A stretch of 64,000 nt of DNA from Lama glama (Eukaryota): the NCBI GenBank assembly GCA_028534125.1, contig CM052822.1:78182001-78246000 (forward strand), written 5' to 3'. Numbering within the stretch: the first letter of the stretch is position 1; each line of letters starts with the position of its first letter. Made by a program: the position numbers and the translations under genes. Shown in pieces: positions 35,071 to 48,000 of this stretch. The notes beneath the pieces were generated by a model. It was not told the DNA's origin and made no database searches. It saw only the letters and a program-made list of their open reading frames with translations.

Positions 35071-38000
35071 TGCGGGACGAGGGAGCAGCGGGAGAAGGGG
35101 CTTCCCGTCCTGGAAGAGGCCCTCCATCCTCGCCCGGAGCTGATGAAGGAGACGGACTGGGGCCGGCAGGGACGCAGTCCAGGTTTTGCCTGCCACCTCC
35201 AGGAGGAATGAAGATCGACCGCATCTGAGTGACCCTGAGCAAGACCCCCGCCTCTCTCAGCCCCGGGCCCCACACCTGGAGGCCGGGCACAGCTTCACAG
35301 CCTCGCCGGGGCTCTGCTGAGACGGCACGCCTCCGCGGGTAATCCCAGGGCTGGGAAGGGTCAGGCGGGTGTCATGGCACGCGTCGCACGGGGGCTGCGC
35401 GGGGAGGCAATCAGGCCCATCAGAAGCAGGCAGGGCGCGAGTGCCTCCCACGGCCTTGATTTCAGGGAGACTGAAACGAAGGCCAGAGGGTCAGCTGCCT
35501 TACTTGCAGCGTTTTAGCTCGTTTCCTGAACCCCAAATCAGACTTCCAGGTTGCTGAGCGCCGTGGACACAGATGTACAGGGGCGAGGGGTCACCACCAC
35601 AGCAGAGAGAGGACGGCGAGAAGGCTGGCCGGTACCCCCCCAGCATCAGGGCCAGCGCACGGGACAAGCTGGTGACCTCCTTATGACTCTCCACCATGAG
35701 ACAGAGTTAACGGAGGCCCCGCGCACCCCCTCCCTCACAGCGATGCTGCACCCAGCTCCCACCCTGCGGGACGCGGTCCCTGGCAGACGACACAGGCGGG
35801 TGTGAACGGGGCAGCTGCCGTCCAGAGGAGACACGGCCTCAGCCGTGAGCCCTGAGACGGTGAGGACAGGGCACCGCTGCCTCCCAGACCCGTGGCGCCG
35901 TCCCCAGCTGCCTGAGGCCTCCTAACAATCGCTGTGGCCGCAGCTGTCCTCTCCTGGCCTGCCTGGGTACCAAGGGGTCTCCTCTTTGGATTCGACCTGT
36001 GTCGTACTGCGGCTGACATCGGAGGTGGAGCGGATCAGAGAGCTGGGCGTGAAGCAAGCAAGCACCATAGCGCACCCGCCCCCGGCCTGCCGCCTCGCGG
36101 CCCCGCGGCCTCGTCAGACGGTAGTGGGCAGATGGTAGAGGTCGGACGGGGGGCCTCGTTACTGCAGACGCGAAAGCTCACAGCAAACGTGTGCTTATGA
36201 CAAGTTCATCAAAACCGCGCCCACGTAACTGGATGGCAAGTCCCACCTCCCTGCAAAACAGCCGACAAGTCACAGGGCAGCCGTCTCTGTCGCTGAATCT
36301 GAACGTGCCCCTTCCGGCTGCGAGGAGGACCTCCATGGAAGGCGCACTGGGACCCGAGCGCGGCCCGTGAGGCCCTCTGTGGCAGCACCACCAGGGGTCA
36401 GTCACTGAAGGCGTGAATTCGGTAAAACGTGCGTCACTGTTTCTTCAAACCACACTCCTCTCTGCACCTCAGTCCTCCTGCTAATTTTCAAAGGGAAGCC
36501 GGTTGCAGCCCTGTCTTAAAACTGAACACGGATTTCATTCCAAGTGCACCCAGGGAGCCTCCTTTCCCGCCGCGTCCCCTGAAGCGTCAGAGGCACCACG
36601 CCTGGCCTCCTCCGGGCCCTGGATCCAGGAACCTGTGACACATATTTAATGTGGACGTGACTACACCTGCCTTTTAGAGTCCTAAGAAGCTGTCTTCTAC
36701 AAAGAGGAGCTACTCAAAGTCAGACAAACAGCAGGGACACCCCTCAGAGCGAGTGGGCAGGCGCTTCCGCATCCTGGACTTCTTGGCGCCAGAGGGAGAC
36801 CAGGTCTCACCGGTGACTCGAAGCTGCTGCTAAGTAGGCATCTTTCAAAAAAATGACAAATAGAGCTTTTCCACATCACTCAGGCCACGACCTGGGGGGT
36901 CCTTCTGTGGTCACCCTGCCCTGAGGCCACACACATGACCACACGTGCCTGTGTAGATCCTCAGGTGACCGGGGGCCTGAGAACCGCCGCGGGCAAGTCT
37001 GTGCTCTGGGGGTGTCCCTGAAGGCCGCTCTGCTAAGTGGCGGGAAAGCCTGCTGTTCGAGGCTGTAGCCAGGCTAACCAGGGTATCTGGTGCTAAGTCA
37101 GTTTACCAAGGACTCACTGAGAAACGCAAAAGGGACCACACCTCTGTGAGCCCCCCCCGTCTACGTGGAGACGGTAAGCGGCTTCCCCCACGGCCCTGCC
37201 GCAGGGAGGCCGGGGCTCCGACACAGCAGGGGGAGCGGCCACGTGGCTGTTCTCCCCAGGAAGGGCCCGTCTGGTCCCCGATCCTCCTCGGGCTCGCTGG
37301 TCGCGACGCTGATTTCGGAGCAAGGCATCTGGTCTGGGGTGAGCCTGGTCCCGTCTGGACAGCGCCCTCCAGTAGCGCAGCGTCTCCCCTCCTACCCAGG
37401 GCCTCCTCGCGCTGTGGCCCCTCAGCTGTGCGGTGCCTGGGCTGGCGCTCCCTCACAGAGGGCAGTGTCGCATTTAAGTGCATCACCCGGCGGGTCCCGG
37501 GCCCTGGTCTGCACAGCCCTCTGCCTCTACTAGCGAGCCCTCCTGACTGTCGCTTGTGCCAGGGCCCTCGGCGTCCTGCCTTCCTGCTTCCTGGGCCTGC
37601 GAGAAGCTCCCGCCACGGAGAGACACGGCGCTGGCTCCTCTGTGCCCGCACGTCCGCAGGTGGGCGCCGTGGCAGTGCACGGCTGCCTTCTCTGCACAAG
37701 GCCCCCGACTCCCCCGTTCAGCTTGGAACGAGAGGTGCACAGCGGAAGGCAGCTGGGGCCCAGGCGAGCCTCGCAGCCTCCGAGCAATCCAAGACGGCGG
37801 AGAGAAGTCACCTTCCTGGGGGAGCCTGTGCCGGGCCCCACGCTCACCAAGATGTCGCTCAGCAGCGCCCAGACCTGGAAAGACTGGCAGGCCCTCCCGA
37901 CAGGACGCATGTGCAGCCCCACGGGGGCAGATGCCCGCCCAGGCCTTCCACCTGCCCCTTGTGACGTGGGGCGATCGGACAAACCGGGGCCAGGCGTTCC

Positions 38001-39949
38001 GCATGACAACCGGCCGGTGTCTTTAAAAACTGCACTTTCGGGGCAAACCAGAAAAGAAATGGAATTAAAAACCGGGAAGAGCATTCTAGAAGGAGGAAGT
38101 TCAAGGAGATACGACCACAGAAAGCAGCACTGCTCCTTGACGGGATCTGGATCAAAAGTAAAACCGCAGCCGCGAGAGGCGGTCTTGGGACGAGGGGGGC
38201 CCAGCGGTGAGCTGTGATCGGTGATATGACTCGTTGACACTGTGTTTTGGAAGATGATGTGGGAGAAGGTCTGTCCGTAGAAGACACGTGTTCAAAAGTG
38301 GGTTTCACAAAAGAACTGAAACCGGAAACACACGGGCGGTCAGAGGGCTGAGCCTCCAGCGTCCTGACGCGGGTGACGCCCATCCCACCCAGGGTGCTGT
38401 GCCCGGAGTTAGACTGGGAGGGACAGTTCCCTGGCTCCCGCTGGCCTCTGCATGGGAACCGCGGACGGGCGGGACTCTGACATCGCTCCAGGCCGGTGCC
38501 TCGGTTTACTCCCGAGGACCGGGATCCTCCCACGGCCGTGTGGCGGCTGCTTCTCCAGTCGCCCCAGAAAGGGGACGGCGAGCCCGGGCGGGGCTTGCCT
38601 GCCCCCGGCACCACTTTAAACCGGCTTTACGAGCGTAATTGGCGTCAGGCTCGGTGCCGCATCTTATGTTCTGTTTCACAAACAGGAGGATTATTTCAGA
38701 TTGATCAGAGGCGACTGCACTTTGCAAATCACCTTGCACCATGGCTGCTTCACTTTGCTAAGTGGGCTCCACGGGTACGGACGCTCTAATCCAGTTTGGT
38801 CTATTCGGGATGGCTGCCTTTTGTGAACTGGAGGTGATAAACGCTTTTGTTTTTATTTTGAATATGAATCTGAGGAGCAGGTGGAAGGCGGGAAGTGCGG
38901 CGGTTCAGCCCTGTTGATAGATGGACCCACCGTGTCAGAGCTGCATCTGTGTTTTGTCTGACCACCGAGCGCGGTCAAGCGCTCCCGAGACCAAGAGATT
39001 CCTGCACAAAAACCGCCATGAAAAAAGGAATAAAAACCTGAAAAACACGAAGGCGATGAAAGGGGTGAGGAGGGGAGGGGGGCGAGGAAAGAAAGGCACA
39101 ATCTGTCGCCGTTTCCAAAACCACGCTTCGCACAGGAGCCTGGGGTTGACCTAAAGGCCAAACGGAGAGCCTGTGTCGCGGGGAGGCTCAGCCCACGTGT
39201 TTGTGTGTGTGGAGCTGCTCCCCGCCTCCCAGCGGTAAAAGCAGCTGCAGAGAAGACAGGGTCTGCGGTGAATTCGAAGGCGGTAGTGAGAACACCTGCC
39301 AAAGGGAAAAAGCCGCCTGGTCGGGACGTTACCCAGGAGGAGGGAGACGTGGTCCCCGACGTCCAGAGCGAGGGGCGTCCTGCTGTGGGTCTGCGTGTCA
39401 GCCGTGACCGCGGGCCGTGACCACGGGGCCGCGCCCGGAGCCCCGGTGACTTGGGCGCAGCACGGAGGCTGAGGCGGAGGCTGGTGAGCTCTGGGTGCGT
39501 CTAGCTAACACGCTGGGACCCCCTCCCAGAGAGAAGTCACTGTTTCACATTTCTTCCGGTCAAAGCTCTTCACGCTTACACAGAAGTTTTAGGGCTGAGT
39601 CACTCAGCTCCGTAAGAGTAAATCGGGGCAGAAACTGGGCAGAGCTGACTGTATAATTCCAGTTTCAGTGGTGCTTGAATGCCTGGTACTTCGGGCCAGA
39701 CCGCGGGGCAGCGCCGCCCCGGCCCCTCCCCCGCCCGGCACCGAGAGAGGCCGCGGTCCTCTCCCCGGGCGTCCTCGGCCCCCGGTGCCCTCCCTCGCCA
39801 GCCCATGGGTCACTGACGGTGGACGCAGTCCAGGCACCGAGCTGGTGCAGGGGGTTAAGTGCACTTGGACTCACAGGACTGAGACCAGAACCAGCTGATT
39901 CAAACACACTGAGCAACGCACCTCACGGAAGGGGTGCGCGCGGCTGCAG

Positions 39950-40050
39950 GGTCCAGCTTGACGGGTGGTTGAAAAGCTACATACAGGTGTCAAAACTCAT
40001 CAGACTGGTGGATTTACCGTAAGTCGCACCTCAGGAAAGCTGATTAAAAC
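39950..40050 (+). mobile_element. L1 (L1MC/ME-like) extreme 3' end
   Basis: tgtcaaaactcatcagactg..gtaagtcgcacctcaggaaagctgattaaaa resembles tgtcaaaactcatcaaactg..gtaaattatacctcaataaagctgatttaaaa. Confidence 0.7.
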
Positions 40051-40449
40051 CTGCCTTAGAAACGGGATTTTCCCAGGAGCCCAGCAGGTGGGCGTCCCCA
40101 CCCCACCCAGGGACTGGGACACACGACGCGGCCAGAAGGCAGGCTGACACGGGAGGCCCTCCATCAGGATCAAGTCAGGCGCAGGGCCAAGAACCAGCAC
40201 CAGGGCATCTGAGGGAAACTTCCAGGACCGGGCAGCAGCGTCCCGAGCCTCAGCCGACAAGCAGAGGCCAGAGGCAATGGTGCTGGTCCCCAGAGGAGAG
40301 GTGGTCCCCATGGCATAGGCAGAAGCCGCCAGGCAGCGCTCAGCCACGGGGGAGACACCAACAGACCGGGGTTGAACATAACTGCCAGGAAGTGAAAACG
40401 GGGGTTGAGTTCAAATCCCCCCCGAGGGGGTGGGGGTGGGGGACTCGGC

Positions 40450-41705
40450 GGAACTGCCCGCTTCCCGGGGGATGAGGAAGGGGCGGCACTGGCATGTCCA
40501 GGAAGAACCCAGGACTGTCAGTGGAGGGACGGCAGACACGAGCCTGAAGACTCCGGTCCAGGAGACGCAGGCGAGAGACCAGGGGTTCACACAGGAGTCG
40601 CACTGGTCACCTCACTGCGCAGCCTTGTTTAGGGGGAGAGGAGGACACAGCTCAGGACGCCTCGCAAATCAGCGGGCGAAGGACGGGTTACTCAGCCAGC
40701 GAGGGCATGTCTTCGGAAAGGCCCCTTCACCCCCGCTCACAACGCAGGGCAACAGCGCCCAGACGACCCAGGTGAAGCAGTGGGGTAGCAGCAGGAGCCA
40801 CAAACTAAAGCACAACAGGGACCGTGCAGCCGACCAGAGACCGAGGGCCCCTGAACCAGAGCGTGACCGGTCAAACCTGAAACGAAACGCCAAATACTTC
40901 TGAATGCACCAAAGCCTCATACTCTGAACCTCAAACAGTTGTAACAGGCAAACTGACACAGGCAGGACGGCCGACAGAGGAAGCGACCATGAAAATCCTG
41001 AGCGGCTTTCTCCCTGAGGCCCAACGGCCCACGCGCGAGCACCTGCATCTACTTCGCAGGATTCAAAGCCGCACGTGGAAGCAGTGATGAGACTCCACGG
41101 CTCGCCTTGAAGGACGCCAAGGTTTAAGCCGAGCGACTGTCCTAGTGCTGCTCAGAGAGCCACTCAGAGGGCCGCTCAGAGGGCCGCTCAGAGGCACCGC
41201 TGTCCCAGACGCCCCCAGGATCTGGGGTGGACGCTGGTGCACCTGGACAGTGAAAACCAAGACCCCTGGGAGAGTCTGCGCCTTTAGACACAGCGCTTAG
41301 ATGTCTAGGAGCGTGTCCTAAAGGAGTAACACGTCAGACGGGCCAGATCTGTGTCTCAGGATGGTGACTGCAGCAAGATTTACCAAAGTAAAACGTTCAG
41401 CAAAGCGGGCTGGGTCTCAGACCAGCGAGGGTGGGACCACGCGAAGAACGCGGCGCCCCTCAAAGGACACTTCAGAGACCGTTTGACGAGGCCGAACACG
41501 CTGAGTGAAAGGAAGATAAAACCCTATCGCAGCGTGCGGCATGCGTGCTCCACGCAACGTGTGCTGCACACATACTCTGAAAGAAAGACCACTAGCCAGT
41601 GAAGCTGGGGGTGGAATTACTAGTGATTGTAAGTTTATTGTTTGTCACTTTCTAAGTTTTCCACACAAGTATTCAATAAAGTGAAACAAGTATTTTAACA
41701 AAAAT
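40450..41705 (+). mobile_element. Old L1ME-like fragment (ORF2 3' part to 3' UTR), GC-shifted
   Basis: caaatcagcgggcgaaggacgggttactcagc (L1 caaatcagtggggaaaggatggattattcaat), aaatacttctgaatg, gctgagtgaaaggaag and the tail gggggtggaattactagtgatt..tttctaagttttccac..aataaa. Confidence 0.65.
41151..41195. repeat. 12-bp tandem repeat (CTCAGAGGGCCG) x~3.7
   Basis: Seen directly. Confidence 0.85.
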
Positions 41706-41839
41706 ATGCATCTCCCGACTCTGAAAATGTCAAAGTTTGCCGATGGCCCACGTCATGACCCAAGGTACCGACCTGGCCGTCCTGTCTCCGCAGACACTTT
41801 CCAACAGCGTCACCAGAGCTGCATTTGCTGCGTCAGCCG

Positions 41840-42150
41840 TCCATCCGCTCACCCACCCACCCACCTGCCTACGCATCTGACCATCCACTCACTTCTCCAA
41901 CGTCGTCCGTCCGACCCCCCACCCCCCAAGTCCGCATCCTCCATCCTCCATCCATCTATCCACTCATCCATCCACCCAATGGTCCGTCTGAACAGAGGAC
42001 CTTTTATTCACAGTGCACTATGGGCCAGGTTCAAGGTGCACTCCTGCGATGGCTGGGACAAAGTCTGCGTCCCTGAGGGATGCAGAGTCTGGTGGAGGAC
42101 GCAGAGCCGCGGGAGGGAGCCCAGCAGAGGGTGTCCTGGGAGCACAGGGC
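41840..42150 (-). mobile_element. L2 3' end with an expanded (CCAT/CCAC)n tail
   Basis: A CCAT/CCAC-rich tract followed by ttttattcacagtgcactatgggccagg..gacaaagtctgcgtccctgagggatgcagagtctggtggaggacgcaga, the reverse-orientation L2 3' region. Confidence 0.65.
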
Positions 42151-42646
42151 GAGGCCGCCTCCTCCAGGGAAGGCAGTCAGCGCTCCCTCAGACACGCGTC
42201 AGTAATGCCCACAGTCCCGGACCCCAGCAGGGTCGAAGCCTCTTGGGCTCTTTGTCTCTGCCCTTCTGGGACCGGCCCCTCAGCAAACCTGACCAACGCC
42301 CGAGGCCCAGCACCGCGAGCCCCTGCGGAGTGGTGACACCCCCTTCTGTCCATACCTCTGCCCACAGCCCTAAGTGCGCTTTGTGCCAGACTGCAAGGCC
42401 GCGGTCGTGTGTCCACCTGTTAGGCCAGGAGCAGCCGGCGCGGGGTGGGTCCTGCACATCTCAGCCCCGGTTTGCAAGTAAACGCATAAACGTTCCTCCT
42501 GGGTCGCACCACCCCTTCCACAACGTTGTTCAAATCCCTCTCACCCTTCAAGGAGCCACAATCATTGCAACGTGTCCCTGAAGTCGCCTCTGATCATGCC
42601 AGCCCTCCCCTGAAAGCCAGCAGCTCCGAGTCGTCCTTTAACAGCA

Positions 42647-42648
<2 letters not shown>

Positions 42649-42677
<29 letters not shown>
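42649..42677 (+). repeat. (GT)14 microsatellite
   Basis: Seen directly. Confidence 0.97.
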
Positions 42678-42679
<2 letters not shown>

Positions 42680-44669
42680 CGTGGGGGTGGGTGTGAGTCA
42701 CTGCTGGGGACCTACTCTGGGCCCAGCAATGCCGCGTCTTTGTCACAGGGCGGCCAGGAGGAGAGGGCGTGGGAATTGGGGCACGCGGGGCCGTCCCACG
42801 GGTCGAGGGCAGTGCCTGCAGGAGATGCTCCAGTTTAGACTCTGTTGCAGACGAACGCGCTGCCCGACCTGCTGTGACCGGCTCCCCACCCCTCAGGTCT
42901 GGCCTCTGGTCAGAGGTTCTTCCCCTGGATGGTTGAGGGGTGGGACCCTCGCCCGGGGTTGGGGGCAGGCTGCAGTTGGTCCTGGGAGGAGGAGGGGGCT
43001 TGGTCCAGGGGCTTGGTCCTGGAGCTGCTGCCGCCTGAGGCTAGCCCCTCCCCGTGTCCATCGTGGAGGGTCACCACGTCCCACGGCCTCTGAGCAGCGG
43101 GCAGACAGACCAGGGCCCTCCGGGGTCAGTCACTAAAGCCAGGGACGTCCTCGGGCGAAAGCAGCTCCGTGGTCAGACACCAGGAGCTCCGTGGTGGCGG
43201 GACAGGGACTTGTGACTCCCCGGAGCACTTCCTGAACTGGCTGCAGGGTCCCGAGGAGCTTGCCCGCGTTGGTCCTTCACATCCTCCTGTGAGTCCGGGG
43301 AGGTGGGGTCCGGGGCGGCAGCACCACTGGGCCCAGAGCAGGCTCCCTGGCAGCGACACACTCAGAACCACACCGTGTCGGCTCCAGATGGAGCCGCGCA
43401 CCGCCGCTGCCCGAGACTTGGGCTGCTCAAGGCCAGCCGAGGGGACTCTGACTGCACGAGGGTTTAAATGAAACCTGGGGGAAGCTCCCACTCCGCCGCC
43501 CACTCCGCAGAATGGCTTTTTAAAGCCCCCTCAGGAAACCCGAAATTAGCCTCAACACAGACGCAAATCTATGTGGGGCAGGAGCAGGCAGGAGCAGTCA
43601 TGACCAGAGCTGCGGAGGGAGAGGTCGCTGAGCCCGCGACCCCGCCTCCCCGACCTCTGCACCTCCTGGGCTGACAGGGCCCTGATCACACATCACTCAG
43701 GAGCACAGGGGACCGTAAATGGAGCCGGCTTTAAAAAGAGAAAGTTTGGTTAGTAAGAGGGAAGCTGGGAGTAAATAAACGTTACTCAAGAAACCTTACT
43801 GATTGTCCTACAGTTTACGAAAAGCTCGCAGCCCGGGGGCGTGGGCCACCCTCCCAGTCGTGAGAGGCACGGCTGACGCTGCCCTGGGCCCCGGTTCCCG
43901 CGTGACGCGGGTGGCTCCTGGACGCTTCTTCCTCTCTGCGCCTCTTCCTCTCTGTCTGCCATCAGGCGGAGCTCTGCCAGGCTGACACCTCAAGGACCAG
44001 CGTCAGAACTGGAACCTTCTCCCTCCGCAGCCACGTGCGATGAAAAGTGCCTTCGGCCCCCAGCAGCTCCCCGCCGGGCGGCCCACCGGCAGAGCCTCGG
44101 AACCACTTGCACGTTTTCATTCAGCGCGAAGGTCTCCAACCCACACACAAGACGCAGGCGGCATTATTCTCCGGCGCTCTGCGCTCGGGCTGAGGGAGAT
44201 GCTGGAGTCTCGCGGTTTAGCCCCCACCACCACGTCCCGCTTTACGGCGTCGTCTCGGTGCATCCAGGACCATCGGGCGTCGTGTCCCCGGCCGCCTGCT
44301 GATCACAGATCTACCTGCACTATTTTCCTGCGGGACCGGGGTTCTGGGTCTCAGACGGCACGGTAAGGGCTTCAATGCCATTTTGTGAGCAGCCACGGGA
44401 GCCTGGCTGCTTGCTTCCCACGTTCGGTGGGCGCCATCAGGTCTGTGCACGGTGGTGCCAGAGGGTCTCCCGAGGCACCCAGCTGGGCGGGGCAGCCACT
44501 CGCTCCCGGTCCTCAGGGAGAAGGCGGCGTCAGAAAATTAACACAGGAGGCAGGAGAGAGGTGACTGGCAGCATCTTCTCAGAGAAACGGCCGTGACAGC
44601 TCTGTCCACGCGGCGGACGCGGGAGCCTCGTGCCGGGCCCCACCCGTCTCTAAAATCACGCTCTGTGAA

Positions 44670-45040
44670 CATCGTTGTGACAGTGAAACAGAAGACTTCT
44701 CCCTTGTAAAATTAAGTGTCACTCCTGATCGCGTAATATCTGAAACATCCTCTTCCCGAGTCCACACCAGTGATTCACACAGAAAATTACGCTCTGTTTA
44801 TTGAGTGCGCAATGCAGCCTTCAGATGTGCGAGGACCCCCGCTAGGTGAGAAATTAAAAAAGCTGCACTATAAGCCCCGATGGCACGTATGAAATACAAA
44901 AAAGGTAACTTAATTGGTAATCAGAAGAAATCATAAAACTAATCATGCGATTAACGTCTTCAAAAGCAGGCGTGCGGGGCGTGTGTAATTACAAGAAAAC
45001 AATGCAGCATGGTCCGGGGCGCTAATGAATTAATCGTCGC
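44670..45040. promoter_or_regulatory. AT-rich candidate developmental enhancer
   Basis: TGACAG 44678, TTTATTG 44797, TTAATTGG ~44910, TAATCA twice, CATAAAA 44932, TAATTA 44986, AACAAT 44998 and TAATGAATTA 45023-45032. No repeat similarity noticed. Confidence 0.5.
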
Positions 45041-48000
45041 CGGGGGCGGCGTGATGGCTCCAACTCGCACACTGCTTCCTGGGGTCGGGCCCCGCCCCTG
45101 CACCTGAGCTCTCCCCACAAGTGAAGGGCTCCCCACCTTTCCTTGGTGCCCCCTCCCTGGGCACCCATCCCCCAGGGGACACCTCCGTGGGGGCAGCAAG
45201 GCCAAGCCGGGAACATCGAAACCTCGGAGGCTGACGGCTGAGTGCAGTGCCGGAGTGAAGAGTGTGTATTAACACGCGTGGATGCCTTCGGGCACCTTCC
45301 GAGATGCTCACAACGCACTCAGACACACAGCTCCTCGCTTTGCACACGTGGTGGGGAGGGAAGTCTCTGCGCAATGCTGGTGACCCACGTGGCTTCGTTG
45401 ATGGGGAGGGAGACTGGGGTGAGACGAGGCAGTCATGGCTTCTCTCCAGACGGCCGCATTGCATGTCTACACACAGGGACCCTCGGACCTGACGTCGTGA
45501 GCTCGGCTAGGGCCGGAGGACAGAGGACCTGCTGGTGGGGGCCGGGGGCAGGGGGGAGCCTGGCCTCCTGTGGGTAGACGCTGAGCTCAGGTCTGAGGCC
45601 GAAGGGTCAGGTCCCCCATCCCGCCTGCTGGAGCCCCTTCGCTGGGGCTGGGCTGGGCGCCGGCTGAGCCCCTGACTGGGGAGGGGACAGGCCAGAGGAG
45701 GCAGGGGACGGCGGGGAAGAGAAACGGCCCTCGGGCTGAAGTCCCAGGACAACAGGACGTCTCAGGTGATGGCAGCATGCCTGGGGCCTGGAGGGAAGGG
45801 GGTCTGGCAAAGCAGGGGGTGGGGGCCCCGAGTCTGAACAGGAGGCCGTGAGCAGGGAAGCCCAAAGCCATTCTCAGGAAAGGGAACTTGTTCTACACCC
45901 CGGACACAGGCCAGACGGGGAAGGCGGGCTTCTGGCAGCCAGCAAGCCCTGCTGTTCTATTACCAGTCACGAGGGCCCCTCACTGTGTAAGCTGGTCTAC
46001 ACGCCCCACCACGCACGTCCACCACCTCCCAGCCCGGGGCTGGGTTCCGGCGGCTGATCCGAGCTAACCGCTCTGCAGGGGTGAGCCGGGTGCTGACGGG
46101 TGACCACACAACAGCTGGACCCACACGCACGCCACCGGCCCTGGCTACCTGAAGTCCAAGTGACGTGAGGACACGTTCCCGTGCGCCCATGGTCTCTGTT
46201 TCTCCTGTTTTGTTACTATTTTTGTTACTACATTTCTGTAGGCTCTGACTATGACTCAGGTCTCCATCCTAGGAGATCTAAAAAGCAAACTGACCTTGAA
46301 AACTGAGACCATCTGAGTTCGGCTGTAAAGCAGCCGGACGGTCAACGAACTCTAAGAACAGCCCAGACCGCCTTCAGAGGAGACGGAAGGGCCCGTAAGT
46401 GAGGCTCTGAAGGCGAAGGCCTACCCTGGTGACACTGGGGACAGGTGGGGGCGTAAGGCAATCTGGAGGCTGGAACAGGGGCCTCCCCACCAGCCCAGGG
46501 CGCAGGTGCCAGCCCCCGCCCACCACTGCTGGGTGGTCGCTGTGACGGCACTGGACTGAGGTGATCAAGAGACCCCGGGGTTTCCCTGTGGGGTGGACAC
46601 GGCAGCCTGTTTTCCAGGTGAGAAAAGAGTCCCCACCATCCAGGAAGTCAGGGAGCTTGTCAGCACCACCCAGGCCTCCACGTGGAGTGGCCACGAGGTG
46701 CCTCCTCAGGGCCCCACGGAGACCCGCTCCCTCACGTGTCTGACAGGCCCCTCCCGAGTCACCGACGGCGCCTCAGCTCGCTGTCCTGCCTCTGCCTCTG
46801 CGCAGCCCGGACCTGCCCCCAGCTGGCCGGCGGCAGCCACACTGTGATGGAGGGGAGGGAGACTGATCCCCATGCCCCCTGCTGACTCAGCACCCCGCCG
46901 TGCACTCGGACCCCAGCCCCACACTCCGACCCGATGGCCGGTCCCGGGCCAGCGTCCGTGGGCAGATTCATGTGGCTGGCTCCCAGGACTCCAGAGCATC
47001 TGTGCCAGACTGTGGACCCCGTGATGGGCAGGGGTCTCTGAGGCAATGGGGCCATTCCCTGGTTCCTTTCCCAAGGTCAGGTCTCACAAGCTGAGGGTCC
47101 TACTGGACCTGGGGGTGGTGGGTGGCGGGGAGACAGCGAGCAGGAGGCCAGCCCCCTCCTCTGGCTGGAGGGCCAGAGGGATTGCGAATCTGCTCTGGGT
47201 CACACAGCTCCGTGGTGGGAGGTCAGGCCCCCCGGCTGCATCTCAGTGACGCCCCCAAGCTGGGGCTGCACTCAGGAGTGATGGCCTGGGCTGGGCCCCG
47301 GACCCGGCCTCGTTTAGGACAGATCCAGCGGCACGCGGCAGATCTCCAACAGCACAAGCTGGAGTCTGCGGCGGTCAGTTCTCGCTCACACGGCGCGAAC
47401 CTAGGGGCCGTGCAGGGCGGCACCCGGCCTCTCCACCCTCCCACTCAGCTCCCTGGTTCTGCCCTGGGCTCTCCTGACGTCCCAAATATCCTGAGTTCTG
47501 CCGTCCGTCCGCAGTCCTGGCAACAGCAGGGAGCGTTACCCCCTTGGGGGGCCGTCCACCCCGACGGGGCGTCCTTGTGGCCTTGCAGTCAGACCTCAGA
47601 TCATCTGCTCCAGGGAGGTGGAAACAGCTCTCCTGGTCGCGGCGCTGGGCGCAGGAGGAGACCGGGGCCCATCGCAGGAGGAAGAGGAAACGGCTCAGAC
47701 TGGCGGCTGCTGCTCAGGGGAGGCTCCCCTGCACCCCGGACTGTCTTCCAGGAACGGAGCCGTTAACCTCTCCTACTCACACACCCTTGGATTAAATGAG
47801 CTACAGATCAAATGTGTTTGAAAACATTTCACGGGGGAAAAGGAGTGCCGCTCACGGAGAGACCGCCATCCTCGCACAGTGGCGTGGCCGCTGGCAGCCG
47901 TCCCCGACGTGGGGGCCCCGCAACCAGCTCAAGGGTCTCGGTGCCTCGCAGAGCTCGATTTGTGAGCCACACACGAGGCTTCTCAGCTGCGCTTCTGCAG

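Noticed and set aside
36388-36401. CTCF-like CCACCAGGGGTCAG (similar partial matches near 12-30 and 57822)
   Set aside because: Mismatches fall at core positions, and such matches are frequent by chance at this GC content.
41706-42581. 291-aa ATG-initiated ORF
   Set aside because: It runs through a CCAT simple repeat and an antisense L2 fragment.
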